36,682 nt of DNA from a virus: UHGV virus genome UHGV-1482696; one strand, written 5' to 3'. The translations under genes were made by a program, and so were the position numbers. Below are positions 9,191 to 17,789 of the stretch, piece by piece. Position 1 is the stretch's first letter. Every line of letters begins with the position of its first letter. The notes beneath the pieces are model-generated. The model saw nothing but the letters and a program-made list of their open reading frames with translations, was not told the origin of the DNA and did no database searches.

Positions 9191-9401
9191 AGGGTGGGAT
9201 GCGTCCTTTCAGTTCGGCAGGCGCGAACGTTTACGACAGGAGGTATTACATCGGGAGGCCGGAGGCCCGCCACCAAAGCCAATGGATTACACAGGGCACG
9301 ATGGCACCCACGGAAGTTATTACATGAAAGGCTGGCAGTCAGTTGATATGCCGGAAATTCTTCATCATTGCCTGCTTTACAGGGAGAAACATTATGTCTG
9401 A
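9183..9401 (+). CDS. Middle-operon hypothetical protein
   Basis: 72-aa ORF exactly filling the gap, start overlapping upstream stop (ATGGGTAA) and stop overlapping downstream start (ATGTCTGA). Confidence 0.5.
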   Translation: MGKGWDASFQFGRRERLRQEVLHREAGGPPPKPMDYTGHDGTHGSYYMKGWQSVDMPEILHHCLLYREKHYV

Positions 9402-9756
9402 GCGTTCTGCTCGTCAGTGGCCTGATTTTTTATCGGTGGTGTTACTGGCGCTGTTATTGTGGATAAGTCTGTTTTGTGGCTGGCGCGCGCTGATGTTTTG
9501 CTGTGCCTCGGTTTTCAGTGTTGCTTTATGTGTTGCCGCTGATTGTCTGGATGCGCTGATAATGAGCTGCCGGGTGCCTGAACATTTTGCCCGGTTCGTC
9601 TGGCCTCTGACCTGGCTGGGGAGTCTGTCCGGGCTGGGATTAGCCGTGATGGCAACGTCTCAACTGAAAACGGGTCCTGAGCATGTCATCTGGGCGCTGG
9701 CCGGATTGCTGACGTTCTGGCTCTCCTTTCGTTTTCGCGCTCGTCTGTTCGGGTAA
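9394..9756 (+). CDS. Middle-operon integral membrane protein
   Basis: ORF 9343..9756 trimmed to ATG 9394 (AGGGAG upstream); 120 aa with three to four hydrophobic helices (VVLLALLLWISLFCGW, VFSVALCVAADCL, LTWLGSLSGLGLAVMA, VIWALAGLLTFWL). Confidence 0.6.
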   Translation: MSERSARQWPDFLSVVLLALLLWISLFCGWRALMFCCASVFSVALCVAADCLDALIMSCRVPEHFARFVWPLTWLGSLSGLGLAVMATSQLKTGPEHVIWALAGLLTFWLSFRFRARLFG

Positions 9757-9765
9757 AGGGGCACC

Positions 9766-9885
9766 ATGTACAGAAAATTCAGTGATGAATGTTTCGGGCC
9801 GTCCACGCTGATTAATGCGATAAAAGTGATTGCCCTTGTGGTTCTGATAACCATCAGTGCCGTGGTGTATCTTTCTGTCTGTTAA
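9766..9885 (+). CDS. Small single-pass membrane peptide (39 aa), not in ORF track
   Basis: ATG 9766 preceded by AAGGGG; MYRKFSDECFGPSTLINAIKVIALVVLITISAVVYLSVC has one clear hydrophobic helix; fills the gap between the membrane ORF and C. Confidence 0.4.
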   Translation: MYRKFSDECFGPSTLINAIKVIALVVLITISAVVYLSVC

Positions 9886-9897
9886 CCGGGGGAAAAT

Positions 9898-10320
9898 ATG
9901 CAGCATGATTTATTTGAACACGATCCGGCAATTCGCCAGTTAATCGGACATATTGATAACATCCCGGCCCCGGAACTGGAATCACGCTGGCCCCGTTCGG
10001 TGGTTGATCTGATTGATGTTCTGGAAAACGAACTGAAACGCCAGAACGTCAGCAATCCCCGTGAGCTTGCCCGTAAACAGGCCGTTGCCCTGTCCTGTTT
10101 TCTGGGCGGGCGGCAGTTTTACATCCCCTGCGGCGATACGATCCTGACCGCGTTACGCGACGATTTGCTTTACTGCCAGTTCAATGGTCGTAACATGGAA
10201 GAACTGCGTCGCCAGTACCGCCTGTCCCAGCCGCAGATCTACCAGATTATTGCCCGCCAGAGAAAGCTGCATACACGACGTCATCAGCCTGATCTGTTCT
10301 CACCTGAAAGCCAGAAATAA
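9898..10320 (+). CDS. C: C late-gene transcription activator
   Basis: 140 aa MQHDLFEHDPAIRQLIGHIDNIPAPELESRW... matches Mu C; Mor paralogue. Confidence 0.93.
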   Translation: MQHDLFEHDPAIRQLIGHIDNIPAPELESRWPRSVVDLIDVLENELKRQNVSNPRELARKQAVALSCFLGGRQFYIPCGDTILTALRDDLLYCQFNGRNMEELRRQYRLSQPQIYQIIARQRKLHTRRHQPDLFSPESQK

Positions 10321-10343
10321 CCGGCATCCTGCCGGTTATTTCC
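10317..10343 (+). terminator. Hairpin terminator after C
   Basis: TAACCGGCA-TCC-TGCCGGTTA perfect 9-bp stem followed by TTTCC. Confidence 0.5.
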
Positions 10344-10411
10344 TGTCACCATAATCCCGCACCTGCCATCTGATTTTTTAGACTGCCATCAGAGCATTTT
10401 TTCAGGGAAGC

Positions 10412-10930
10412 ATGATGGCGGGGATACCAAAAAAACTGAAAGCCGCACTGCTGGCGGTAACGATTGCCGGTGGCGGTGTGGGTGGTTATCAGGAAATGAC
10501 CCGTCAGTCTCTGATCCATCTGGAAAATATCGCTTATCTGCCTTACCGCGATATTGCCGGTGTGCTTACGGTCTGTGTGGGACATACCGGGCCGGATATC
10601 GAAATGCGCCGTTACAGCCATGCGGAGTGTATGGCTCTCCTCGACAGTGATTTAAAACCGGTTTATGCGGTAATCGATCGTCTTGTCAGGGTGCCGCTGA
10701 CGCCATATCAGAAAACGGCGCTGGCAACGTTTATTTTCAACACCGGTGTTACCGCATTCAGTAAATCAACGCTGCTGAAAAAACTCAATGCCGGTGATTA
10801 CGCCGGAGCGCGTGACCAGATGGCCCGCTGGGTGTTTGCCGCAGGCCATAAATGGAAAGGACTGATGAACCGTCGCGAAGTGGAAATGGCAATCTGGAAT
10901 ATCAGGGGGGCGGATGACCTTCGCCAGTAA
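10412..10930 (+). CDS. lys: SAR endolysin (T4-lysozyme-like muramidase with signal-arrest-release N-terminus)
   Basis: 172 aa; weakly hydrophobic Gly/Ala-rich N-terminal segment LKAALLAVTIAGGGVGGY then catalytic E...D...T triad (ENIAYLPYRDIAGVLTVCVGHTG); matches Mu Lys. Confidence 0.92.
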   Translation: MMAGIPKKLKAALLAVTIAGGGVGGYQEMTRQSLIHLENIAYLPYRDIAGVLTVCVGHTGPDIEMRRYSHAECMALLDSDLKPVYAVIDRLVRVPLTPYQKTALATFIFNTGVTAFSKSTLLKKLNAGDYAGARDQMARWVFAAGHKWKGLMNRREVEMAIWNIRGADDLRQ

Positions 10931-11300
10931 AAGTTTACTGCTGGCAGCCGTGTTTGCCGCCGTTCTGTCCGGGGTGTTGTGGCACAGGCTGGACAGCACC
11001 CGCCACGATAACCAGACGCTGCGCCGTGAATTACAGACGGAGCAACAGGCCCGCAACACGGCTGAATGGTTGTTACACGGTCAGGAACAGACGATGCAGG
11101 TATTTTCTGCTATCCGTGCCGCAAATCGTGCCGCACGGCTGGCAGATGAGACAGAACATCATGATGCAAAAGAAAAAATTACAACAGCCATTACCGGTGA
11201 CAATTGCAGCACTCGTCCTGTGCCTGCCGTTGCTGCTGACAGGTTGCGGGAACTCGAAAAACGCACCCGTGCCATCGGTGGTGATCCTGCCCGAAACTGA
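10914..11300 (+). CDS. i-spanin (Rz-like inner-membrane spanin subunit)
   Basis: N-terminal TM helix LLLAAVFAAVLSGVLW followed by charged coiled-coil region (RRELQTEQQARNTAEW); directly after endolysin. Confidence 0.75.
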   Translation: MTFASKSLLLAAVFAAVLSGVLWHRLDSTRHDNQTLRRELQTEQQARNTAEWLLHGQEQTMQVFSAIRAANRAARLADETEHHDAKEKITTAITGDNCSTRPVPAVAADRLRELEKRTRAIGGDPARN

Positions 11301-11502
11301 TGCAGAACTGACGGAAGCAACGCCCGTTCCGCCCATGCCACAGCCCCTGACGTGGGGAGCATCCCTTCTCTGGAATGCTGACCTGTTGATGGCGCTCGGG
11401 CAGTGCAACCGCGACAAGGCATCAGTCCGGGAACAGGAGACCCGAAGGAAAGAAATTTATGAACGAAGACCAGAACCGGGCGGTGGCGCTGCTGCTCGCT
11501 GA
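11161..11502 (+). CDS. o-spanin (Rz1-like outer-membrane lipoprotein), overlapping i-spanin in another frame
   Basis: MMQKKKLQQPLPVTIAALVLCLPLLLTGC: lipoprotein signal peptide with lipobox LLTGC; Pro-rich mature region; 3-prime end uncertain. Confidence 0.6.
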   Translation: MMQKKKLQQPLPVTIAALVLCLPLLLTGCGNSKNAPVPSVVILPETDAELTEATPVPPMPQPLTWGASLLWNADLLMALGQCNRDKASVREQETRRKEIYERRPEPGGGAAAR

Positions 11503-11653
11503 ACTCTGGCAGGGGGATACCCGTGATATTCCCCGCCCGGCGGCGTATGACCCGCCTGTATTGTGTGCCGGTTGCGGTCGTGAGCTGCGGCCTGATGTGC
11601 TGAGACAGCAGCCGATGGCGAACTACTGCCACTGGTGCCGTGGAGCAGAATAA
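11459..11653 (+). CDS. TraR/DksA-type C4 zinc-finger protein
   Basis: 64 aa with C-x2-C-x17-C-x2-C (CAGCGRELRPDVLRQQPMANYCHWC). Confidence 0.65.
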   Translation: MNEDQNRAVALLLAELWQGDTRDIPRPAAYDPPVLCAGCGRELRPDVLRQQPMANYCHWCRGAE

Positions 11654-11952
11654 TGGATTTGATTTCAGTTTTAGCGTTATGGCCTTACCTGTTGCCTGTT
11701 GTGGCCGGTGGGGCCGTCTGGGCAATGCGTCGTAGTTTTGCCAGCACTGAGCGTGTGGAGCGTCTTGAAAACCGGATGACCGAAATGGAAACCCGCTACG
11801 CCAGCATCCCTGGCACAGAAGATGTACACGAAATGCGCCTGCGAATTGCGGAGCTGTCCGGCGATATCCGGGTGCTGTCCCAGCGGGTGCAGTCATTTTC
11901 CCATCAACTGGAGCTGCTGCTTGAAAACGCAGTAAACCGGAGTAATTCATGA
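11653..11952 (+). CDS. Small membrane protein, Mu gp25-like (lysis-associated)
   Basis: ATG overlaps upstream stop (TAATG); N-terminal TM helix LISVLALWPYLLPVVAGGAVWA then coiled coil; position matches Mu gp25. Confidence 0.65.
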   Translation: MDLISVLALWPYLLPVVAGGAVWAMRRSFASTERVERLENRMTEMETRYASIPGTEDVHEMRLRIAELSGDIRVLSQRVQSFSHQLELLLENAVNRSNS

Positions 11953-12239
11953 TTAACGATATTCTGACCGAAGACCGTCGTCTGGTCATCCTGCGTTCCC
12001 TGATGGACTGCAATAACGAAGCAAACGAGTCCATCCTTCAGGACTGTCTGGATGCATACGGACACAACGTTTCCCGCGATGTGGTTCGCGGCCAGATTGA
12101 CTGGCTGGCAGAGCAGCAACTGGTCACCGTGGAAAACCTGCGCGGCTTTTATGTCGTAACGCTGACCTCCCGAGGTCAGGATGTGGCGGAAGGCCGCGCC
12201 CGCGTTGCCGGTGTCAAGCGTCCGCGTCCCCGTGCATGA
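11949..12239 (+). CDS. Hypothetical protein (Mu gp26-like)
   Basis: 96-aa ORF, RBS GGAG 8 nt upstream, start overlaps upstream stop. Confidence 0.6.
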   Translation: MINDILTEDRRLVILRSLMDCNNEANESILQDCLDAYGHNVSRDVVRGQIDWLAEQQLVTVENLRGFYVVTLTSRGQDVAEGRARVAGVKRPRPRA

Positions 12240-12250
12240 CAGGAGGCGTG

Positions 12251-12826
12251 ATGGACAGGAAAACACGGGGCCGGGCTTCAAAAGTGGATTTACTGCCGGA
12301 AAACGTACGTAAAACGCTGCATGAAATGCTGCGTGATAAGGCGATCCCACAGGCCCGCATTCTGGAAGAAATTAACGCACTGATTGAAGACGCTGGCCTG
12401 CCGGATGAGATGAAACTCTCCCGTTCCGGTCTGAACCGTTACGCGACGAACGTCGAGCAGGTAGGCCATAACCTGCGACAGATGCGTGAAATGACGTCAG
12501 CACTGACCGCAGAACTTGGCGACAAGCCAATGGGAGAAACCACAAAGCTGATTCTGGAAATGGCCCGTAGCCAGCTTTTTAAGGCCATGATGCGGCAAAT
12601 CGAAAACCCGGAATCTGACGTGGATATTGACCTGCTGAAAAATGCCATGCTGGCGGCACAGCGTCTGGAATCCACGGCAATGTCCAGCCACCGGCGCGAG
12701 AAAGAAATCCGCCAGGCATTCGCAGAAGAAGCGGCAAACGCCGTCAGTGAAGAACTGCGCGGGCAGGATGGCATCAGCGAAGAGCTGGAGCAGCGTATCC
12801 GTGATGTGCTGCTGGGTAAGGCATGA
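12251..12826 (+). CDS. Probable terminase small subunit (Mu gp27-like)
   Basis: AGGAGG at 12241-12246 before ATG 12251; immediately upstream of large terminase. Confidence 0.65.
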   Translation: MDRKTRGRASKVDLLPENVRKTLHEMLRDKAIPQARILEEINALIEDAGLPDEMKLSRSGLNRYATNVEQVGHNLRQMREMTSALTAELGDKPMGETTKLILEMARSQLFKAMMRQIENPESDVDIDLLKNAMLAAQRLESTAMSSHRREKEIRQAFAEEAANAVSEELRGQDGISEELEQRIRDVLLGKA

Positions 12827-12833
12827 GAGGGTT

Positions 12834-14489
12834 ATGAACACCAGAGAAAACAACCTTAAAGCCCTTCATGCCCCCCGAAAAATCGACCTGCGTAAGGAAG
12901 CCGAACTGCTGGGCGTGAATATCGTGACCGATATCGGGGAAGCACAGCCCCGCAATGAACCGGTTTTTCTGGGCTATCAGCGCCGCTGGTTTGAGGATGA
13001 AAGCCAGATTTGCATTGCTGAAAAATCCCGTCGTACCGGTCTGACATGGGCCGAAGCGGGCCGCAATGTCATGACGGCAGCAAAGCCGCGCCGCCGTGGC
13101 GGTCGCAACGTCTTTTATGTGGGTTCCCGTCAGGAAATGGCGCTGGAATATATCGCCGCCTGTGCCCTGTTTGCCCGCGCCTTTAACCAGCTGGCAAAGG
13201 CTGATGTCTGGGAGCAGACCTTCTGGGACAGTGACAAAAAAGAAGAAATCCTCACTTATATGATCCGTTTCCCTAACAGCGGATTTAAGGTGCAGGCGCT
13301 GTCAAGCCGTCCGTCTAACCTGCGTGGTTTGCAGGGGGACGTGGTGATTGATGAGGCGGCATTTCATGAAGCCCTGGACGAACTCCTGAAAGCGGCCTTT
13401 GCTCTCACCATGTGGGGTGCCCGCGTGCGGATCATATCGACACATAACGGCGTCGATAACCTGTTTAACCAGTACATTCAGGATGCGCGCGAGGGGCGCA
13501 AGGATTACAGCGTTCACCGCATCACGCTGGATGATGCCATCGCTGACGGGTTGTACCGACGTATCTGTTACGTCACGAATCAGCCGTGGTCGCCGGAAGC
13601 GGAAAAAGCCTGGCGTGATGGCCTGTACCGGAATGCGCCGAATAAAGAAAGTGCCGACGAGGAATACGGCTGCATTCCTAAAAAATCCGGGGGCGCTTAT
13701 CTGTCACGCGTGCTGATTGAAGCCGCCATGACGCCAGCGCGGGATATCCCGATTCTGCGTTTTGAAGCCCCGGACGATTTTGAATCGCTGACACCACAAA
13801 TGCGCCACGGCATCGTTCAGGACTGGTGTGAACAGGAGCTGCTCCCGTTGCTCGATGCGCTGTCGCCGCTCAATAAACACGTACTGGGCGAAGACTTTGC
13901 ACGCCGTGGCGACCTGACGGTGTTTGTGCCGCTTGCCATCACGCCTGACTTACGCAAACACGAATGTTTCCGCGTGGAGCTGCGTAATGTGACCTATGAC
14001 CAGCAGCGACAAATCCTTTTATTCATTCTGTCCCGTTTGCCCCGTTTTACCGGCGCTGCATTTGATGCCACCGGTAACGGCGGTTATCTGGCAGAAGCCG
14101 CCCGTCTGATTTATGGCCCGGAGATGATCGACTGTGTGAATCTGACCGCATCCTGGTATCAGGAGTGGATGCCAAAACTGAAAGGCGAGTTTGAAGCGCA
14201 GAACATCACGATTGCCCGGCACCAGACCACACTTGATGACCTGCTCCACATCAGGGTGGACAAAGGTATTCCGCAGATTGATAAGGGGCGCACAAAAGAT
14301 GAAGGCGGTAAAGGCCGACGACATGGCGACTTTGCCGTGGCGCTCTGTATGGCTGTCAGGGCGTCTTATATGAATGGTTTTGTTATCGACGAGGACAGCA
14401 TACAGGCGCTGCCACCACGCCACCGTGGTGATGATGTTGATAACGATGATTTTGATGATTATCACCAGTTTGAACGAGGGGGCTGGTAA
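12834..14489 (+). CDS. Terminase large subunit (Mu gp28-like)
   Basis: ORF 12642..14489 trimmed to ATG 12834 (GAGAGG upstream, avoids overlap with the preceding gene); 551 aa with conserved nuclease-domain acidic motifs (VIDEA.., RGDLTVF..). Confidence 0.85.
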   Translation: MNTRENNLKALHAPRKIDLRKEAELLGVNIVTDIGEAQPRNEPVFLGYQRRWFEDESQICIAEKSRRTGLTWAEAGRNVMTAAKPRRRGGRNVFYVGSRQEMALEYIAACALFARAFNQLAKADVWEQTFWDSDKKEEILTYMIRFPNSGFKVQALSSRPSNLRGLQGDVVIDEAAFHEALDELLKAAFALTMWGARVRIISTHNGVDNLFNQYIQDAREGRKDYSVHRITLDDAIADGLYRRICYVTNQPWSPEAEKAWRDGLYRNAPNKESADEEYGCIPKKSGGAYLSRVLIEAAMTPARDIPILRFEAPDDFESLTPQMRHGIVQDWCEQELLPLLDALSPLNKHVLGEDFARRGDLTVFVPLAITPDLRKHECFRVELRNVTYDQQRQILLFILSRLPRFTGAAFDATGNGGYLAEAARLIYGPEMIDCVNLTASWYQEWMPKLKGEFEAQNITIARHQTTLDDLLHIRVDKGIPQIDKGRTKDEGGKGRRHGDFAVALCMAVRASYMNGFVIDEDSIQALPPRHRGDDVDNDDFDDYHQFERGGW

Positions 14490-16027
14490 TGGGCCGTATT
14501 CTGGATATTTCCGGGCAGCCGTTTGATTTTGACGATGAAATGCAGACCCGCAGTGATGAGCTGGCAATGGTCATGAAGCGCACGCAGGAGCATCCTTCCA
14601 GTGGTGTGACGCCGAACCGGGCCGCGCAGATGCTGCGTGATGCCGAACGCGGTGATCTGACAGCACAGGCTGACCTGGCCTTTGATATGGAAGAAAAGGA
14701 CACCCACCTTTTTTCCGAACTGAGCAAACGCCGCCTTGCCATTCAGGCGCTGGAATGGCGCATCGCTCCGGCACGTGATGCCAGCGCACAGGAGAAAAAA
14801 GACGCAGACATGCTGAATGAATATCTGCATGATGCGGCGTGGTTTGAAGATGCCCTGTTTGATGCCGGTGATGCCATTCTCAAGGGCTATTCCATGCAGG
14901 AGATTGAATGGGGCTGGCTGGGGAAAATGCGCGTGCCGGTGGCGCTGCATCATCGCGATCCGGCGCTGTTCTGCGCGAACCCCGACAATCTGAACGAATT
15001 ACGCCTGCGTGATGCGTCTTGGCACGGGCTGGAGCTGCAACCGTTCGGCTGGTTTATGCACCGGGCCAAATCCCGCACCGGGTATGTCGGCACCAATGGC
15101 CTTGTGCGCACGCTTATCTGGCCTTTTATTTTTAAAAACTATTCCGTGCGTGATTTTGCAGAGTTTCTGGAAATTTACGGACTCCCCATGCGCGTCGGTA
15201 AATATCCGACCGGCTCAACGAATCGCGAGAAAGCCACGCTGATGCAGGCCGTGATGGATATCGGGCGACGTGCCGGTGGCATTATTCCGATGGGGATGAC
15301 GCTGGATTTTCAGAGCGCCGCAGATGGTCAGTCAGACCCTTTTATGGCGATGATTGGCTGGGCAGAAAAAGCGATTTCAAAAGCCATTCTGGGCGGCACC
15401 CTGACCACAGAGGCTGGCGATAAAGGTGCGCGGTCGCTGGGTGAAGTGCATGATGAGGTTCGCCGGGAAATCCGTAACGCGGATGTGGGCCAGCTTGCCC
15501 GCAGTATTAACCGTGACCTGATTTATCCCCTGCTGGCACTGAACAGTGACAGCACCATTGATATTAACCGCCTGCCTGGCATTGTATTTGATACCAGTGA
15601 AGCGGGTGATATTACGGCACTGTCTGACGCCATTCCGAAACTGGCGGCGGGAATGCGTATTCCGGTCTCCTGGATACAGGAAAAACTCCATATTCCGCAG
15701 CCGGTCGGTGATGAAGCCGTGTTTACTGCTCAACCGGTCGTCATGGATAACGGTCCGCAGAAAGAGGCTGCATTATCCGCTGAAGATATCCCGCAGGAGG
15801 ATGATATCGACCGGATGGGCGTCTCACCGGAAGACTGGCAGCGTTCGGTTGATCCCCTGCTGAAACCCGTCATTTTTTCTGTGCTGAAAGATGGCCCGGA
15901 AGCCGCCATGAACAAAGCCGCTTCATTATATCCGCAGATGGATGATGCAGAACTTATCGACATGCTGACCCGTGCCATTTTTGTTGCCGATATATGGGGG
16001 CGTCTGGATGCCGCAGCAGACCATTGA
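14489..16027 (+). CDS. H: Portal protein
   Basis: 512 aa following terminase; start overlaps terminase stop (TAATG). Confidence 0.85.
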   Translation: MGRILDISGQPFDFDDEMQTRSDELAMVMKRTQEHPSSGVTPNRAAQMLRDAERGDLTAQADLAFDMEEKDTHLFSELSKRRLAIQALEWRIAPARDASAQEKKDADMLNEYLHDAAWFEDALFDAGDAILKGYSMQEIEWGWLGKMRVPVALHHRDPALFCANPDNLNELRLRDASWHGLELQPFGWFMHRAKSRTGYVGTNGLVRTLIWPFIFKNYSVRDFAEFLEIYGLPMRVGKYPTGSTNREKATLMQAVMDIGRRAGGIIPMGMTLDFQSAADGQSDPFMAMIGWAEKAISKAILGGTLTTEAGDKGARSLGEVHDEVRREIRNADVGQLARSINRDLIYPLLALNSDSTIDINRLPGIVFDTSEAGDITALSDAIPKLAAGMRIPVSWIQEKLHIPQPVGDEAVFTAQPVVMDNGPQKEAALSAEDIPQEDDIDRMGVSPEDWQRSVDPLLKPVIFSVLKDGPEAAMNKAASLYPQMDDAELIDMLTRAIFVADIWGRLDAAADH

Positions 16028-16892
16028 TCTGGCGTATGCCGCACGCCTCCCGCCAAAGGAGGCTGTCGCGTATTTCCGCGCCAAAGGCTACAACATCACC
16101 TGGAACTGGTACGAACAACTGGCAGACGCGCACGCCCGCGCCTTTACCGTTGCCAAAGCCACCCGGATGGATGTACTGACCACTATCCGTGAGGAAGTGG
16201 AGCGGGCTGTCAGTGAAGGCATCACCCGTGAGGAATTTACCCGCACACTGGCCCCCCGGCTGCAAAAACTCGGATGGTGGGGAAAACAAATCATCGTGGA
16301 TGCAGAGGGAAACGCGAAGGAAATCGAACTGGGCAGTCCGCGTCGTCTGGCAACCATTTATAACGTCAATACCCGTACGGCGTACGGGGCGGGACGTTAT
16401 GCACAGATGATGAATACCGCCGATTTGTACCCGTACTGGCAGTACGTTGCCGTTATGGATGGCAGAACACGCCCGGAACATGCGCGGCTGCACAATATGG
16501 TTTTCCGGTATGACGACATTTTCTGGCAGACGCATTACCCGCCCAATGGCTGGAACTGCCGCTGTCGCGTCCGGGCGCTGTCTGCGGCCCGCATGAAAGA
16601 ACTGGGGCTACAGGTCAGTTATGGTGCGTCATTCATGAATACCCGCGAAGTGGATGCCGGCACGGATGAAAGCACCGGAGAGATTTTCCGCACATCGTCA
16701 ACCACGTTTGACAACGGTCGGGTAAAAATGACGCCGGATGTGGGCTGGTCATATAACCCCGGTTCGGCGGCATTTGGTACGGATCAGGCACTGATTCGAA
16801 AACTGGTGGAAATTCGCGACGCGCAGTTGCGTGAGCAGGTTGTTCAGACGCTGAATAACAGCCGGGAGCGTTGCTTTTTCCCTCTGGCTTAA
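16008..16892 (+). CDS. F: Head morphogenesis protein F, N-terminal portion (ORF ends prematurely at a T5 run)
   Basis: ATG 16008 with GGGGG upstream; product has Mu-F/SPP1-gp7-like region; ends TAA 16890-16892 directly after TTTTT (16875-16879) while the +1 frame continues open to 17322. Confidence 0.7.
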   Translation: MPQQTIDLAYAARLPPKEAVAYFRAKGYNITWNWYEQLADAHARAFTVAKATRMDVLTTIREEVERAVSEGITREEFTRTLAPRLQKLGWWGKQIIVDAEGNAKEIELGSPRRLATIYNVNTRTAYGAGRYAQMMNTADLYPYWQYVAVMDGRTRPEHARLHNMVFRYDDIFWQTHYPPNGWNCRCRVRALSAARMKELGLQVSYGASFMNTREVDAGTDESTGEIFRTSSTTFDNGRVKMTPDVGWSYNPGSAAFGTDQALIRKLVEIRDAQLREQVVQTLNNSRERCFFPLA

Positions 16893-16944
16893 ACGTCTGG
16901 CGAAATCACGCCGGGCCGGACATGAGGTCCGTGCGCTGGGGTTT

Positions 16945-17322
16945 ATGACGGGATCCGTGGCGGAGGCCGTATATCAGCGCACCGGGAATATGCCAGCCCG
17001 TCTGCTTGTAATGAACAGGAAAAGTCTGGCGACCACTGCTGATGCCGCCCTGAAACCGGAAGATTTACAGCGTCTGCCGTCTCTGATGGCAGAACCACAG
17101 GCGGTATTGTGGGACAGAAAAAATCACCAGCTGCTGTACGTTGTGGCAACCCGTGACGGCACGGCCCAAATTGTGGTCAGAACATCACAGACAGTCGGCA
17201 GGCAGAATGACCGGGCGGATGTGCTGGTCAGTATCAGCCGCGTATCTGCACAGTCGCTTGAAGCCGCGATTGCTGACGGGATGATTGACGTACTGGAGGG
17301 GCATGTGGAGGTGAATAAGTGA
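16945..17322 (+). pseudogene. F: Probable C-terminal portion of F displaced into the +1 frame (no independent RBS)
   Basis: Frame is open from 16855 through 17322; ATG at 16945 lacks a convincing Shine-Dalgarno; ends at the G start (GTGA overlap), leaving no intergenic space as expected for one contiguous F gene. Confidence 0.45.
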
Positions 17323-17789
17323 GTCTTGATATGAACGTTGCCGTGGATGTGCGACGTATTCAGCTTGCACTGGATGAACTGGGAACCGTTACACGTGACC
17401 GCGCCATTCCCCGTGTGATGGCTGCGGCGCTTCTGTCATCCACGGAACAGGCATTTGAACGGCAGGCAGACCCGGATACAGGGAAAGGCTGGGAAGCGTG
17501 GAGCGATTCGTGGCTGGCATGGCGTCAGGATCATGGTTTTGTTCCGGGCAGTATCCTTACCCTGCATGGCGATCTGGCACGCAGCATTACCACCGATTAT
17601 GGACAGGATTATGCCCTGATTGGTTCGCCAAAAATTTATGCTGCCATTCATCAGTGGGGCGGTACACCCGATATGGCACCCCGCCCGGCAGGCGTTCCTG
17701 CGCGTCCTTATATGGGGCTGGATAAGACCGGGGAACAGGAAATTTTTGATGCCATCAGAAAACGCGTCAGCGCCGCTCTGAGGCAATAA
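17319..17789 (+). CDS. G: Virion morphogenesis protein G
   Basis: 156 aa; GTG start 17319 with GGAGG 8 nt upstream; matches Mu G size and position. Confidence 0.8.
   Translation: MSLDMNVAVDVRRIQLALDELGTVTRDRAIPRVMAAALLSSTEQAFERQADPDTGKGWEAWSDSWLAWRQDHGFVPGSILTLHGDLARSITTDYGQDYALIGSPKIYAAIHQWGGTPDMAPRPAGVPARPYMGLDKTGEQEIFDAIRKRVSAALRQ

Noticed and set aside
11159-12034. 291-aa minus-strand ORF antisense to the spanin-gp26 genes
   Set aside because: Arg/Ser/Pro-rich low-complexity translation, no RBS, fully antisense to a tightly coupled plus-strand operon with clear homology; typical spurious ORF in GC-rich coding DNA.
12642-12833. Upstream extension of the large terminase ORF to 12642
   Set aside because: The extension overlaps the preceding gene for its entire length in another frame; the ATG at 12834 has a GAGAGG RBS and begins immediately after the upstream stop, so the shorter start is preferred.
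16875-16880. Programmed +1 ribosomal slippage on UUU UUC joining the two F segments
   Set aside because: Mechanistically possible on a U5 run but there is no rare or stop codon in the zero frame to stall the ribosome; an indel (mutation or homopolymer read error) is the simpler explanation, so reported as a probable frameshift rather than recoding.
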